From assembly GCA_951406725.2 (NCBI GenBank), contig OX597822.1, positions 91,636,001-91,700,000 of the forward strand: a DNA stretch of 64,000 bases, read 5' to 3'. Under the pieces are notes generated by a model. The model was not told the origin of the DNA. It made no database searches and saw only the letters and a program-made list of their open reading frames with translations. The position numbers were made by a program, and so were the translations under genes. This document shows, piece after piece, positions 11,850 through 23,719 of the stretch (position 1 is the stretch's first letter; each line of letters opens with the position of its first letter). Source of the DNA: Octopus vulgaris (taxonomy: Eukaryota).

Positions 11850-13430
11850 CATTAATATGAAAGAGACAAGATCTAAGGTCAATAATACTCCTCATCAAAG
11901 CAGACACATAGTGTAGAACAGTTCTACACTATGAACATTTGCCCAACGACATGGAATCCTGGAATTTATGAAATTTTTATACTGTATATTCTTAAACATA
12001 TTTTTACAATCCCATGAATAATTTTATGATTTTGTTTAAAAATTCCAAATCTGTACATATTCTCTGATGAAGGAAATTACTGAAGTTCAAAAGATTTTAC
12101 CTACACACTTCTTCACACATTCCTGGAAATGGCTGTACGATTCTTTCTATTTATTGGATTCATTTGAGGACTCCCTTTTGAATTATTGTGAACTGTTATC
12201 TCATCAGCTTGGACTTCTTAATTTATCTGTATGTATTTATGCAATTACTAAAAATAAGATAAATAGTAGTAAAAATATTTGGTTAATTATTCCATACAGG
12301 AGACAAATTAAATCTAATCTCCCATTGCAATTTTGTTAAGCTATTGTTAGGAATTTTCCAAAGAATTCTAGGTATTACTCTATTATCAATTCACATTCGG
12401 TTAGGATTGGTTTTTCCAACACAAAAAAATCTCTTACAAATTATCCCTTCACATAATAACAACCTGTTAAATATTAATACATTTACTAATACTAACATTA
12501 ATTTAGCTAATACCATCCATCCCTCTAGAAATATTAATAACAAGGTTATTGTATCTGAAGTCAATTGCAACAGAATTAAGTTTATGTCAAGTAACTCTAA
12601 AATTAAAAATTCTATATACCAGTGTATAATCAGTACTCGTAATAAAGTACGATTTTACATTGGAAGCACGTCATTAGAGTTATCTAAATTAATTTCTATC
12701 CATTACTCAACATTTAGGGATAGGAATAAATGCAACAGTACTGGACTCAGTAAATTAATTTGGGATCTAAAAGACCACAATGAACAATTTAATTTAGAAT
12801 GGTTGATTCTCTCAATCTCGCTACCTTATGACAAAAGCAAGAAATTCTCTCTTCTCTGTAATTCTGAACTATTTTTCATTATTTTTTCTAAAAATCCCCT
12901 AGTAAACACGGTTATAGAGCATGCATACCGATGTAAACATTGGCAAAAACACACATTTAGTTCATATAAGTAATCTCTATCGTTATATATAATTTAAACA
13001 TTAATTTTCTTTTTATATTTAAGATTCACGAAAAAAATATCCCTCCTCTTTCTATAGGCTACTTCTGACGTTATATCATATAACGTTTTTTCAAATAATA
13101 TTAAAAGCGTTCAGTAAATCACTATACATATCCATAATTTTCTGTTAAAATGTCTTATTGACGAGTTTCATTTCTTCACTTTCCTGAAGAGAAGATTACA
13201 TTGCTTTACACCATTTATTCCTTTGGAATAATATCAGTGAAATCTTCGAAACATGTGTCGGAAGTAAAAGTATTTGAATTATACCTGCGTTAAACTCCAT
13301 TTATTTATTTATATATTATACAGAAAATTTCCATGTAAACCCAAAGTTTCTACCTTTAAAAACAAGGAGTTACAACCTCTTTATTTGTGTGGTATTTTTT
13401 TACTACCCTGGTAACTATTTATTTTTTCTG
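11850..13430 (+). mobile_element. Penelope-like (Naiad-type) element with GIY-YIG endonuclease and 3' hammerhead pLTR; no RT visible
   Basis: IWLIIPY..FPKNSRYYSIINSHSVRIGFS linker, an Asn-rich stretch, then SIYQCIIS..FYIGSTS..STGLSKLIWDLKD..LEWLIL..LCNSE..RCKH (ORF 12344-12973). Hammerhead at 13177-13266. Flanked by (TA)n. Confidence 0.75.
13177..13266 (+). ncRNA. Type-I hammerhead ribozyme, intact core
   Basis: actttc CTGAAGA(13184-13190) gaagatt...aatcttc GAAA(13248-13251) c-atgt GTC(13257-13259) ggaagt. Stem I is 6 bp, stem II 7 bp with a long loop; palindromic ACATGT at helix III. Confidence 0.8.
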
Positions 13431-13473
13431 TGTTAATTGTTAACAAGGGAAAACCACTCATCTCTCTCTCTCC

Positions 13474-13568
<95 letters not shown>

Positions 13569-13883
13569 AATATATATATAAATATATATTGTGTGCAGGT
13601 ATTTAGTTTTGTAACACACCTACCAGTACTTGGACAAAAACTAAGACTATATTAAAAGAACTCTTATACCAAAAATAGAACAGTTTGGAAATTGCTTTAA
13701 AGAAGAAACTGAGTTCCAAATCAGAGGTCCAGGGTGGAAAACAGATGTTAAATTATGATAATGATATGTGTGTGTAAAACGATGTCTGATCAGAGAGAGA
13801 AAAACAAAGTCAAGATACAATTTATAAAGAATTAATGATTAAAGTGTAAAAAATCAGAAAAGCCTTTTTCATTTTTTTCAAAC

Positions 13884-14260
13884 ATGCCTGCTTGCTTGCT
13901 TGCCTGCCTGCCTGCCTGCCTGCTTGCCTACCTACCTACATATCTACCTACCTCTGTACCTACCTACCTACCTACCTACCTACCTACCTACCTACCTACA
14001 TACCTACTACCTACCTACCTACCTGCCTACATACATACATACATACATACATACATACATACATACATACATACATACATACATACATACACACATACAT
14101 ACATATGTTGGGCTTCTTTTAGTTTCTGGAAACTGAATCCATAAAAAGGTTTGGTCAGCTTGGGGCATTAGTAGAAGACATTTGGTGAAGGTGCCATGCA
14201 GTGAGAGTGAACCTGAAACCTTTTGGTTAGACAACAAACTTCTTGACCACACAGCCATAC
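13884..14260 (-). mobile_element. Compound (GCCT/ACCT/ACAT)n microsatellite plus 5' half of family-1 SINE
   Basis: Tetranucleotide arrays at 13884-14104, then gggcttcttttagtttctg...aggtgccatgcagtgagagtgaacc...accacacagcca. Confidence 0.7.
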
Positions 14261-14376
14261 ACCCGCGCACACAGGGAGGGAGAGAGAGAGACATGCACAT
14301 ATGTGTGTGTGTGTAAGTCGTCTAAGAGTCCATAAGTCAGGGGAAAATGTATTTGCATAACTGTCAGTAGAGTGGG

Positions 14377-15076
14377 TATATTAATCAAAGTGTACAGTAT
14401 AATCCATTACAGCTAATCTTACCAATCAGTTTCTCACTAGGGGTCCAATGGAATGTTAGGTAACAGTCTGATTATGTAACCCAGCACTCATCAGAGATAG
14501 CCATTATGGAATGAAATAAAGTGAATGTGCTCTATTGTTGGCAGTGCATAGACACATCCAGTTTGTGGTTGTTGTGAAAAGATGAGGAAACAAATCATGC
14601 AGGGGATTGAGTAAAGAATTATGTTCCTTGTAAACACACAAACGAATGCAAATGTGTCTGCACCCACCCCCATCACAAAGGCTATACACATAGTACTACT
14701 ACACACACACATTCCATTTTCAGACACAAAAAAAGACACACATTTTCCACAAAACTTTCTTCAAGAAAACTCTTGCCACTTTGCAACAAAACCACCCCAG
14801 GGGTGATGTTTTGGCACCAAGGAACATAACTCATAACTCAATCTCCTACTTGATTTGTTTCATCATCTTTTTCACAGCAATCACAAATGGAATGTGTCTA
14901 TGCACCTCCAACAATAGACAGTAGTTACCAAATTTCATTCCATAAAGGTTAACTCTAATGAATGCAGGGTTACATAACTGGACTGTTACCGAAAACACTG
15001 ATGAACCCCTAGTGAGAAACCAATTAGCAAGATCAGCTCTAATTGATATATAATACTGTACACTTCGATTAATATA
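14377..15076. repeat. Diverged ~235-bp inverted repeat carrying hammerhead remnants (PLE pLTR pair)
   Basis: 14377-14611 is the approximate reverse complement of 14837-15076. The left arm (minus strand) has atct CTGATGA...GAAActgattgGTA agat; the right arm has CTAATGA...GAAAccaattag. Confidence 0.75.
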
Positions 15077-15079
15077 TAT

Positions 15080-15236
15080 CAGGAGTGGCTGTGTGGTAAG
15101 AAGCTTGCTTCCCAATCACATGGTTCCAGGTTAAGTCCCACTGTGTGGAACCATGGGCATATGTCTTCTGCTAAGGCCTGGGGACAACCAAAGCTTTGTG
15201 AGTGGATTTGGGAGACAGAAACTGAAAGAAGCTTGT

Positions 15237-15240
<4 letters not shown>
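15080..15240 (+). mobile_element. 5' part of family-1 SINE
   Basis: caggagtggctgtgtggtaagaagcttgcttcccaa...gtgagtggatttgg...aaactgaaagaagc. Confidence 0.7.
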
Positions 15241-15312
<72 letters not shown>

Positions 15313-15411
15313 AGAGAGACAGAGAGAGAGACAGAGATAGATAGATAGATAAAACTTACTAGGGAAACAATGCGATCATATAATAATATAACTAATATAT
15401 AAATATATGCT

Positions 15412-15877
15412 TACATATATGTACATACCTACATATATATGTATATATACATGCATATATGGGGGTTCAGGACATTAAAAAAATGTGGACCACAATGAGA
15501 AACGAAAACATAACCACAAAAATATAGAAAATGAACTTTTTTTCCCAAACAACGAAAAAACAACAGAGAAACAAGATATGAAACATAAAGAATATTCTCC
15601 TTCTTCAGTTGTTCCTGTTTCATCTACTCTATGTTTCGAAGGAAAGGACAACCTTCAAAACACAGAATAGATGAAACAGGGACAACTGATGAAGGGGAAT
15701 ATTCTTTATGTTTCATATCTTGTTTCTGTGTTGTTTTTTCGTTGTTCGAAAAAAAAGTTCGTTTTCTGTGTTTTTGCTATGTTTTCGTTTCTCATTGTGT
15801 TCTACATTTTTTGATGTCCTGTACCCATATATGCATGTATATATATACATATATATGCAGGTATGTACATATATGTA
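15412..15877. repeat. ~230-bp-arm palindrome (9-nt loop), PLE pLTR-like
   Basis: Arms 15412-15642 and 15652-15877, loop aaaggacaa. Contains ccttcGAAAcatagaGTA and CTGATGA hammerhead half-motifs. Confidence 0.85.
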
Positions 15878-15893
15878 TGTATATATGCATATA

Positions 15894-15951
<58 letters not shown>

Positions 15952-16113
15952 GTACATATATATACATATATATATATACACACACACATATATATATAGA
16001 CACATATATATATACATACACACACACACATATATATATAAATATACCAGAGTAAGCACATAAATGTGAAACAAGGTGGAAAGAAAGAGTACTCAAATAC
16101 GAGAGGTAGAGTA

Positions 16114-16222
16114 ATATGCTTTATTTAAAAGCAGCAGAAATATAACAAAAGCTGTTACTCAGACCTTGAAACTCTGAGTAACAATTTTTTTTATATTTCT
16201 GCCGCTTTTAAATGAAGTATAT
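16114..16222. repeat. ~50-bp-arm fold-back palindrome with hammerhead 3' half
   Basis: atatgctttatttaaaagcagcagaaatata..gttactcaga / tctgagtaac..tatatttctgccgcttttaaatgaagtatat. GAAActctgaGTA spans the loop/arm junction. Confidence 0.75.
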
Positions 16223-16377
16223 ATATATAAATTAGAAAAAAACCCCACCTTTTATCAATTCAACAATGAAATAATTAAATTATACCATATATAAAAAAAT
16301 TAAATATAAGATAAAAACATATACTAATCATTAAGTACTGTACAAAATAATAAATAAAAAGTATATAATTGGTAAAA

Positions 16378-16460
16378 GGACTACACGTGTTTCGTGGCTA
16401 TATTTAAAACCTGATAATAGTAAAATCAATTGAATTTATATATAGCCACTCTTCAGGTCC
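16378..16460 (-). ncRNA. Type-I hammerhead ribozyme, intact core, sense to host pre-mRNA
   Basis: Minus strand reads ggac CTGAAGA gtggctatat...atatagccac GAAA c-acgt GTA gtcc. Perfect 4-bp stem I, 10-bp stem II, palindromic CACGTG helix III. Confidence 0.85.
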
Positions 16461-16680
16461 AAGATAAAAAGCAATAAAATAAATAAATATATGTATATAA
16501 TCTGGTAAAACACGAAATATCTTAAATATATTCTAGTGTAAATAAAACTAGAATAAATAGGTATAAATATTTACTATATCCATGAAAATAAATTTTAACT
16601 TATATAAGAAACGAATAACAAACTATGATATATCATTACTAGAAAATCAAAATACAATTAATTAAAATATTTAAAACATA

Positions 16681-18052
16681 AATGGAGCTTGCATGTCCGA
16701 GACCATCATCTATGAAGCTACCGTGAACTCTATAACCACTAAAAACATCGTTTTGACGAGGAAATACATGGTCCTTACAGAGGGTAATTTCAAGGCCAGG
16801 TTCAATAACCACACCTTGAGTTTTAGGCACTGGAGCAAAAGAAAAGCGACAAAATTATCTAATCATATTTGGTCTTTAAAAGATAAAGGTGTCGATTATA
16901 ACATCCATTGGAAGATTTTGGCCAAATGTAAGCCCTACACCAACGGCAGCGGAAAGTGTGGTCTATGCGACATGGAGAGATGGCTTATCTGGAAAAGCAG
17001 CTTAGACCCTACTACATGTCTAAACTCAAGGACAGAACTTTTCGGCTCATGCCCACATGTGACAAAATTTTTGTTACGTTTTTGGTCCCCTAAAGAAAAA
17101 AGATAGAACTTGCTTTCTATATTTATGTCCCAAAAAGATTTTTATTATTTTTTTTTTATTATTTCATATATTTTATATATTTTCACACATAATAATTTTT
17201 TCTGTACTTTTCTATCCTGCATTTTTTCCTGTGCCTATATAGATCTGTATATAGATTCATTTGTACACGTGTGTGAATATGTATGAGTGGGCAGTTTTAG
17301 ATGTGTGCATGTGTGCGGGCATAAGAATGCATATATATAGACGTTTTTACTTAGTATTTTTCCATTTTTTTAGGGGTTTTTTTGGCGGGGGGGGGGGCAT
17401 ATGTATATTCATTTTTCATATATGCGTGTGTATGTATGCGTGTATAAACATGTGCGGGTATGTACATATATGGGCATGTGTCTGTATGAGTGCATAAGGG
17501 CATGTCCGTATATGAACGTGGTTTTTATGCTTTGTATACTTCCTTATGTTTTTTTCTGTTACCTTTAACCATGGTTTTTCTTGTGCTTGTGCGTATATAG
17601 ACGTATGTATGAACTTTTACAGTACGCATGTGTGTGTGTATAAGTTTGTATATATATGCATATATATTTGGTGAAAAATGCTAGTGAAGATGTGTACGTT
17701 TTCATAGTGACGTATAAGTACGCACGTGGGTCCGCGAGCGCACATGTGAGCATATGACTAGCCATGTTTACGTGTTTTACTATGATATTTTAATCTTATT
17801 TTATATAAGTAGCAGAATTATAACACAGTAATTTCCCTTTATATAATGGTAATTTTTCATAGCGTTTTTTCAGATGGCCAGATAACCGAAGAGATGGTGT
17901 TGTGGATTTCCACTTCGGCATCTGAAACTCAGAGTTTTATCTTGACTTTTGAGTAATTGTAACATATTATTTTATAGATACATTTCCTCTATTTACATAA
18001 TGTTGAGGTCTCTTTCTTTCTTTTGTTATCTTACCGTTTTTACCAATAAAAC
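16681..18052 (+). mobile_element. 5'-truncated Naiad-type PLE: GIY-YIG domain, GT-rich spacer, hammerhead-like pLTR
   Basis: NGACMSETIIYEATV..KYMVLTEGNFKARFNNHTLSFRH..ATKLSNHIWSLKD..WKILAKCKPY..KCGLCDME..LNSRTELFGSCPH (16681-17106). Hammerhead-like motif at 17880-17942. Confidence 0.8.
17880..17942 (+). ncRNA. Hammerhead-like motif with CCGA core variant
   Basis: agataa CCGAAGA gatg...catc-t GAAA c-tcaga GTT ttatct. Perfect 6-bp stem I. Confidence 0.6.
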
Positions 18053-18223
18053 ATATATATATATATGAGCGAGGTCATTCAACCCTATTATCTCTCCTAA
18101 TTTCGCTCTTGCGTCTCATGTTTGATCTTTGACTTCTGGCTGAAATCAGATCGCCATGTTGATTCGCTAGCTTCTGCACGCATATTTTTTTCTCTCCTTC
18201 TTTCTGTGTTTTTTCTCTGTGTA

Positions 18224-18261
18224 TCTTTCTGTTGAAGAGCGTAGGCTCGAAACGTTAAAGA
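18224..18261 (+). ncRNA. Degenerate minimal hammerhead in a short PLE pLTR fragment (18065-18390)
   Basis: tcttt CTGTTGA a gagc-gtag-gctc GAAA c GTT aaaga. Core A6 is mutated to T. Confidence 0.55.
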
Positions 18262-18389
18262 CTTGTTTTATTTATATTTCCTGAGTGCCATACTAATACA
18301 ATTGTTTGTTTGTATTCCACCTGCCTTCGTCTTTTGTTTATTTCCGTAAACCTGCCTTCGTCTTTTGTCTATTTTCATAAAGCTTCCCG

Positions 18390-18437
<48 letters not shown>

Positions 18438-21400
18438 CAAAATATAAAATATACATTAAGTGAAAAACGTACTAAAATACTATTATTTAATCTATATACA
18501 ACCTGGTGGCACTTTCTGATCTGATTTCTATCCAAGGGACATAACTCTAATGAACAAAAGTTTTCTTGCAATGTTTTCTTCTGTGATTTTTTAAAATTCT
18601 ATTTTCTATACTATGACACCTGTAAACTGAAAGTTACACTTTCTGACCTCCTATAGGAAAAAGTCAATGTCTACCAGCACTTGTAATGTGTACCTTGATT
18701 AGTTTTCCCAATCTCTTGTGTATGAACCATTGGTAAAATCAGCAAATACACCTGTTTATTTTCTGACTCATTGATTCTTAGACAACTATACACACAGATA
18801 TATGCTCACATGGACACAAGTGCATTCACATACATATAATTATTATTGTCACCATTTCATGCCTGCTTTCCAAGTGGGAATGAGTTCAATATATTGTCAT
18901 AGTCCACGTCACTTAGAGTTACTATTTTGTTAAATGAATGAAATGACCAAATCCCATTTGTATGTTTCACTTTTGACATGGATTCTATAGTTAGATGTCT
19001 TTCCTGAGCCTAACCCCTTTACAGAGTATACTGAGAGAATTTTATAGCACTAGTATGAGAAATTGTGATGTCTCCTTGATCTTTTGTTGTCTCTACTTGA
19101 TTCCCAAAATGCTATACACTGAACTGGGTATATTTTAACCTGGCACCGGTACTAGTGAGGTTGCAATGCAGCTTACAAGTCTAAGGAACCCTCGATTATT
19201 CAAAGATGGTAATGTCATAAGCTGAGCTTAGATAGTGAGAGAAGCAAAAGTATGATTTGAGGAACAAATTTATTGGAGAGGATAACAGAGGAGATAGTAA
19301 CAGAAGGGACTGAGAGTGAATAATGGAAAACAAACAGTAGGAAGGATTGATGGATGGACAGACAAACAGAAATAGTTAGGCAGACAGATAGATAAATAGA
19401 TGGATAGCCAGACAAACAGACAGACACATAGATAGATAGTGGGGGAAGAGAGAGGAGGAAAAAGGAGAGAGGGGAGAGAGAGGAGGAGAGAGGGGGAGAG
19501 AAAGGAGGGAAAAGGAGAGAGAAGGAGAGAGAAGGAGAGAGAGAAGGAGAGAGAGGAGAGATAGACAAGGAGAGAGAAAGGGAGAGACAAAAAGGATTGA
19601 TAAGGATGGTGGGATGGATTGAATAGGAAATCCACTACTATACAATATTATATAGGCAACAGGATACACTGTGTATGAGTAGGTGGTGTTTGTAGAGGCA
19701 AGATAACAAGAGAAAGAGGAAAAGGTGTTAAGGAAGTATAAGAGCCCCGCTTGCATGGGAATGTGGAGGTTCTCTAGCCAGTCATTGTGGTCTCTTGTCA
19801 ACTCTTTTGTGAAGCTCAGCATCATGAAAACAAGCAAGTGTTGGTGTCAGGAAGGGCATCCAACTGTAAAATACTTCAAATAAGTCTCATCTAACTCATG
19901 CTAGCATGAAATAAAGCAGATGTAAAAGTCATGATGATGATGAAAAATATTTAATTATAGCAGTTTCAGCCATTCTCTAGGTGAAATAATGCAGGTAAGA
20001 AAGAAAGATAGCATGAAGAAAAGAAGGCTACTAACGTGTTTCAATAGGGTTTATATGTGGTGGAGGGCGCTGTTGAGAAGCCATAGGGTGTGACCGGGTA
20101 TTTTTTGACAGATAAGGTGGTTGTGCATGAGGTTGGTTGATAGACCCTCCAGTGTATTGCACATAACTTATAGGCTGTTCAGTTCCAGTAGAAGGCATTT
20201 GGCTCAGTGGACCAAGTGATGTGCAAGGATAGATTCGATGGTAAGCTTAATAAATAAATAGATAGATAAATAAATAAATAAATAAATAAATAAGTAAATA
20301 AAATTGGCAGCAATTTACTTTTCAATATAGCGATATTTTTAAAATATAGAGTTTGAAAATATAGCTACTAAGAAAGGTTTTACAGGAATATAATATTTTT
20401 AAAGTTCTGAATAATTTTCATCTGGAGTCATGCATAACATATTATGTACTGCCTAGGTTTTCCTGTTTACCCCCAGGTTAGACTTGACTGAACAGAGTTA
20501 TAGTCAAAAGCATTCCAGCTATGATCAATCTTTTCTTTTTTATATCAGGCATTGCTTATCTAGAACTGAATTATCCAATGTGTTCATTTTTATGACTGGG
20601 GATTGAGGAAGATTTGGTTGCTATCACTTGTAGCTGGAGCAGCCATGTAGAACTTGCCTTGTTTGCTCAATATTGCTGCAAGATGAGTATAGCAGTTCAC
20701 TGAGTTGAGATTATCATTCAAATGTGAATGATAATTCAACAAGTAAGTCTTTGCAGGTTATTTTGTTTGATGCGTATGAACTTCTTCATGTAAATAAAGG
20801 TATGAGATACTCAGTTTCATTTATTTATGAAACTGACTGTTGCATAAGAAGGCATTATCTCTTGTAAATACGTGACTGCCTATTGAGTTGGCAAAATAAT
20901 ATAAACAGAATTTCTTCAAATCCATGCTGAAGACAAGGAGTCAAATATGTTCATTCAATGAGATCACTGATATAAAATAATATCTACAGGATTCTAAAAA
21001 TTAATGAGGTTGCCATGATAGCCAAGGTCAGTTTTGCAATGGTCCTATAATTAATAGCTTCAAGGACATGAGTAGAGCTGCCTTGACAATATTCAATGTA
21101 TGAAATTGATTCCAATTTAAATGAACCTAATAACAATATGAAAAATTCAACAGGAAGAATATCTATAGATAGATACATGAATGCATATATTTACAGTATT
21201 TCATTGTTAGTGATGTGGACAAATGTAGAAGTTATATTGTTTCCAAATAAGATCAATAACATTATCATACAAAAAAATCTATTATAGATAATAAAATCTA
21301 TGGTTTAGTCAGTTACAATTTGTCAAATTTAATAAATCTAGTTTAAAAGAATTAATTCTTTTAAACTAGATTTATATTGATTTGTCATGTAAAAGAACTA

Positions 21401-23099
21401 TGCATGATTTGTTTTAAAACATTAAAGCTGGTACTAGTACTGGCTGCTGAGTATTACTGATTATACATAATCAGTATTGGTCATGCAAATTTTTTAAAAA
21501 ATAAATAAAGCGTGCACATTGTGTTAAGGGCATGCATTATCTGGTATTGCTTGAGTTGCACTTTATGATTTGAACAGTGTTCTGATTGTAGCTGTGCAGC
21601 TTTTGATGGGAGCATACATATATAGCCCTTGTGGTTCCTAAATTAGTGGTAATAGGAAGATATTTGAAGGAGAAGTGATTGTTAAATTGAGTAGATTAGT
21701 GACAGTCTCAAATTCTCTAAGTAGTTTGAGAAAGATTTTAACTTCTTGAGTTGCTTAACTCTTAGGTTAGATTTGACAGAACAGCCAGTGACCAGAGTCA
21801 TTCATAACTTAATCATATCGTTTGTTTTTAAGCCATAATTTCTACATTATCCCCAGTACTAGCATATGATTTGATGGAGATTTGCCTACAATTCTCAACA
21901 AGTTGAACAACTATATAGAAGCTCCCTCTTTGGCTATTATGCTTACTACTGATTCTGCTATTTAACCAAAGGCTAGCCTGGATTCAGCAGGCATTTCAGC
22001 CATGACCGTCCCATCTTTTTTCTTTCAGCCATCAAATTTGTATCCTTCTTTTTTAAAATGGTAGTCTGTGGTCTAAGTGAAATTTAGCCCTTATTTCTAG
22101 CAGGTCAAGCTACTGCTGTTTTGGCCTGATTATCCATTTTATTATTGGGGTGGTGGATGTCAGAATTGGTAGAGCACTAGACAGACTATTTCACAATAGT
22201 AATATCACTTTTCCTTCTGAGTTCAAAATCCTACCAGAATTGACTGTGTTTCATCTTTCGGAGATTTAAACAAGTAAACAGTCAGGCAACTGACTACACC
22301 ATTCTTTCTAAATTTGTGACCTTACACCAATGCAAGAAAATCAATATTATTATTTAGTTGGAGAGGGAAACACAGTGTCCATAACTTTTGCAGACCCTTC
22401 TTAAATCAGTAAGATCAATGCAATTGATATCTGTAGGGAAGGCTAGTCGACCAGCTTTTAGTCAATTACACAACTGTTTCTACTGCACTAATAATCAAGA
22501 TTTGTAACTTTGACACACAAGTCCATAATTTAAAGGAATTGATGAAGGGTTAATATAGTTTATTAAATTAAGATTAGTATATGTATTGTCCTTATAGACT
22601 TTAGAGAGGGATGAAAGGCAATGTTGACTCTTTATTTTTACTTGATTCTGCTATCTGCTCCACTCAGTAATAATAATAATAATGATTTTTATTATTTGCC
22701 ACAGGAGCATTTAATGACGAGGGTATGTCAAAGATGGGTTACATAAAATGCTAGGGTTTATACAAAAAAAGTGAAGAAAAAAACAAATGAGGTGAAAAGT
22801 ATACATAATATATAAATATGTGATGATAATGATGATAAAGATGAAGATGAAGATATAACTCTCTTCATACAGGATCCCCAACTAGGGCCAATCCAAGAAT
22901 CCCCCAGATACAAGATCATCATGACGATTATCAGCCCTCTCTTAGGAAGAAGGATAAGAGCTTCAAATTGAATGATAATATAGATGATAAAATAGGAGTA
23001 AAATGAAAAATTACATCAGTAAATTCAATGTTATTAACATAATATAAATACTAATAAAGGCGACTAAACAATTCTTAGAACAAAATATTCAAACATAGA

Positions 23100-23535
23100 T
23101 GCAAGTGTGGCTGTGTGGTATGAAGCTTGCTATAGGTGCAGATGTAGCTGTGTGGTAAGAAGTTTGCTTCCCAACCACATAGTTCCAGGTTCAGTTCCAC
23201 TGTATGGCACCTTGGGCAGCCTCAAGCTGACCAAAGCCTTGTGAGTGGATTTGGTAGGCAGAAACTGAAAGAAGCCTGTTGTATATATATATATGTATGT
23301 ATATATCTGTGTGTTTTGTCATTGTGTCTGTGTTTGACCCCCCCCCATCACTGCATGACATCCTGTGTTGTGAGTTTATGTCTCTGTAACTTGGCAGTTC
23401 AGTAGGAGTGACTAATAGAATAAGTACTAGGCTTAAGGAATAAGTCCTAGGGTTGATTTGTTTGACTATAAACCCTTCAAAGTGGTGCTCCAGCATGGCT
23501 ACAGTCAAATGAATGGAATAAGTAAAAGAATAAAA
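23100..23535 (+). mobile_element. Family-1 SINE with duplicated head
   Basis: Two gctgtgtggt heads (about 23110 and 23148), B box ggttcagttcc, tail gtggtgctccagcatggctacagtcaaatga...aagtaaaagaataaaa. Confidence 0.8.
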
Positions 23536-23719
23536 TGTGGCTTTGAGGGGTGGATAAAATTTCAAGGTAGATTAGATTGTAATTATAAGTTCCATTGAAG
23601 TGTGTACATAAAATAAAATATATACAAAAATCAAAATACAATATGTTTAATAAATATATTAAAATTTTCTGTGAGAATATAAAAATTTGTGGAAATATTC
23701 TTAGAGTGACAATATATAT

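Noticed and set aside
19680-21660. Possible old CR1/L2 remnants
   Set aside because: Too decayed to assign boundaries or family by eye.
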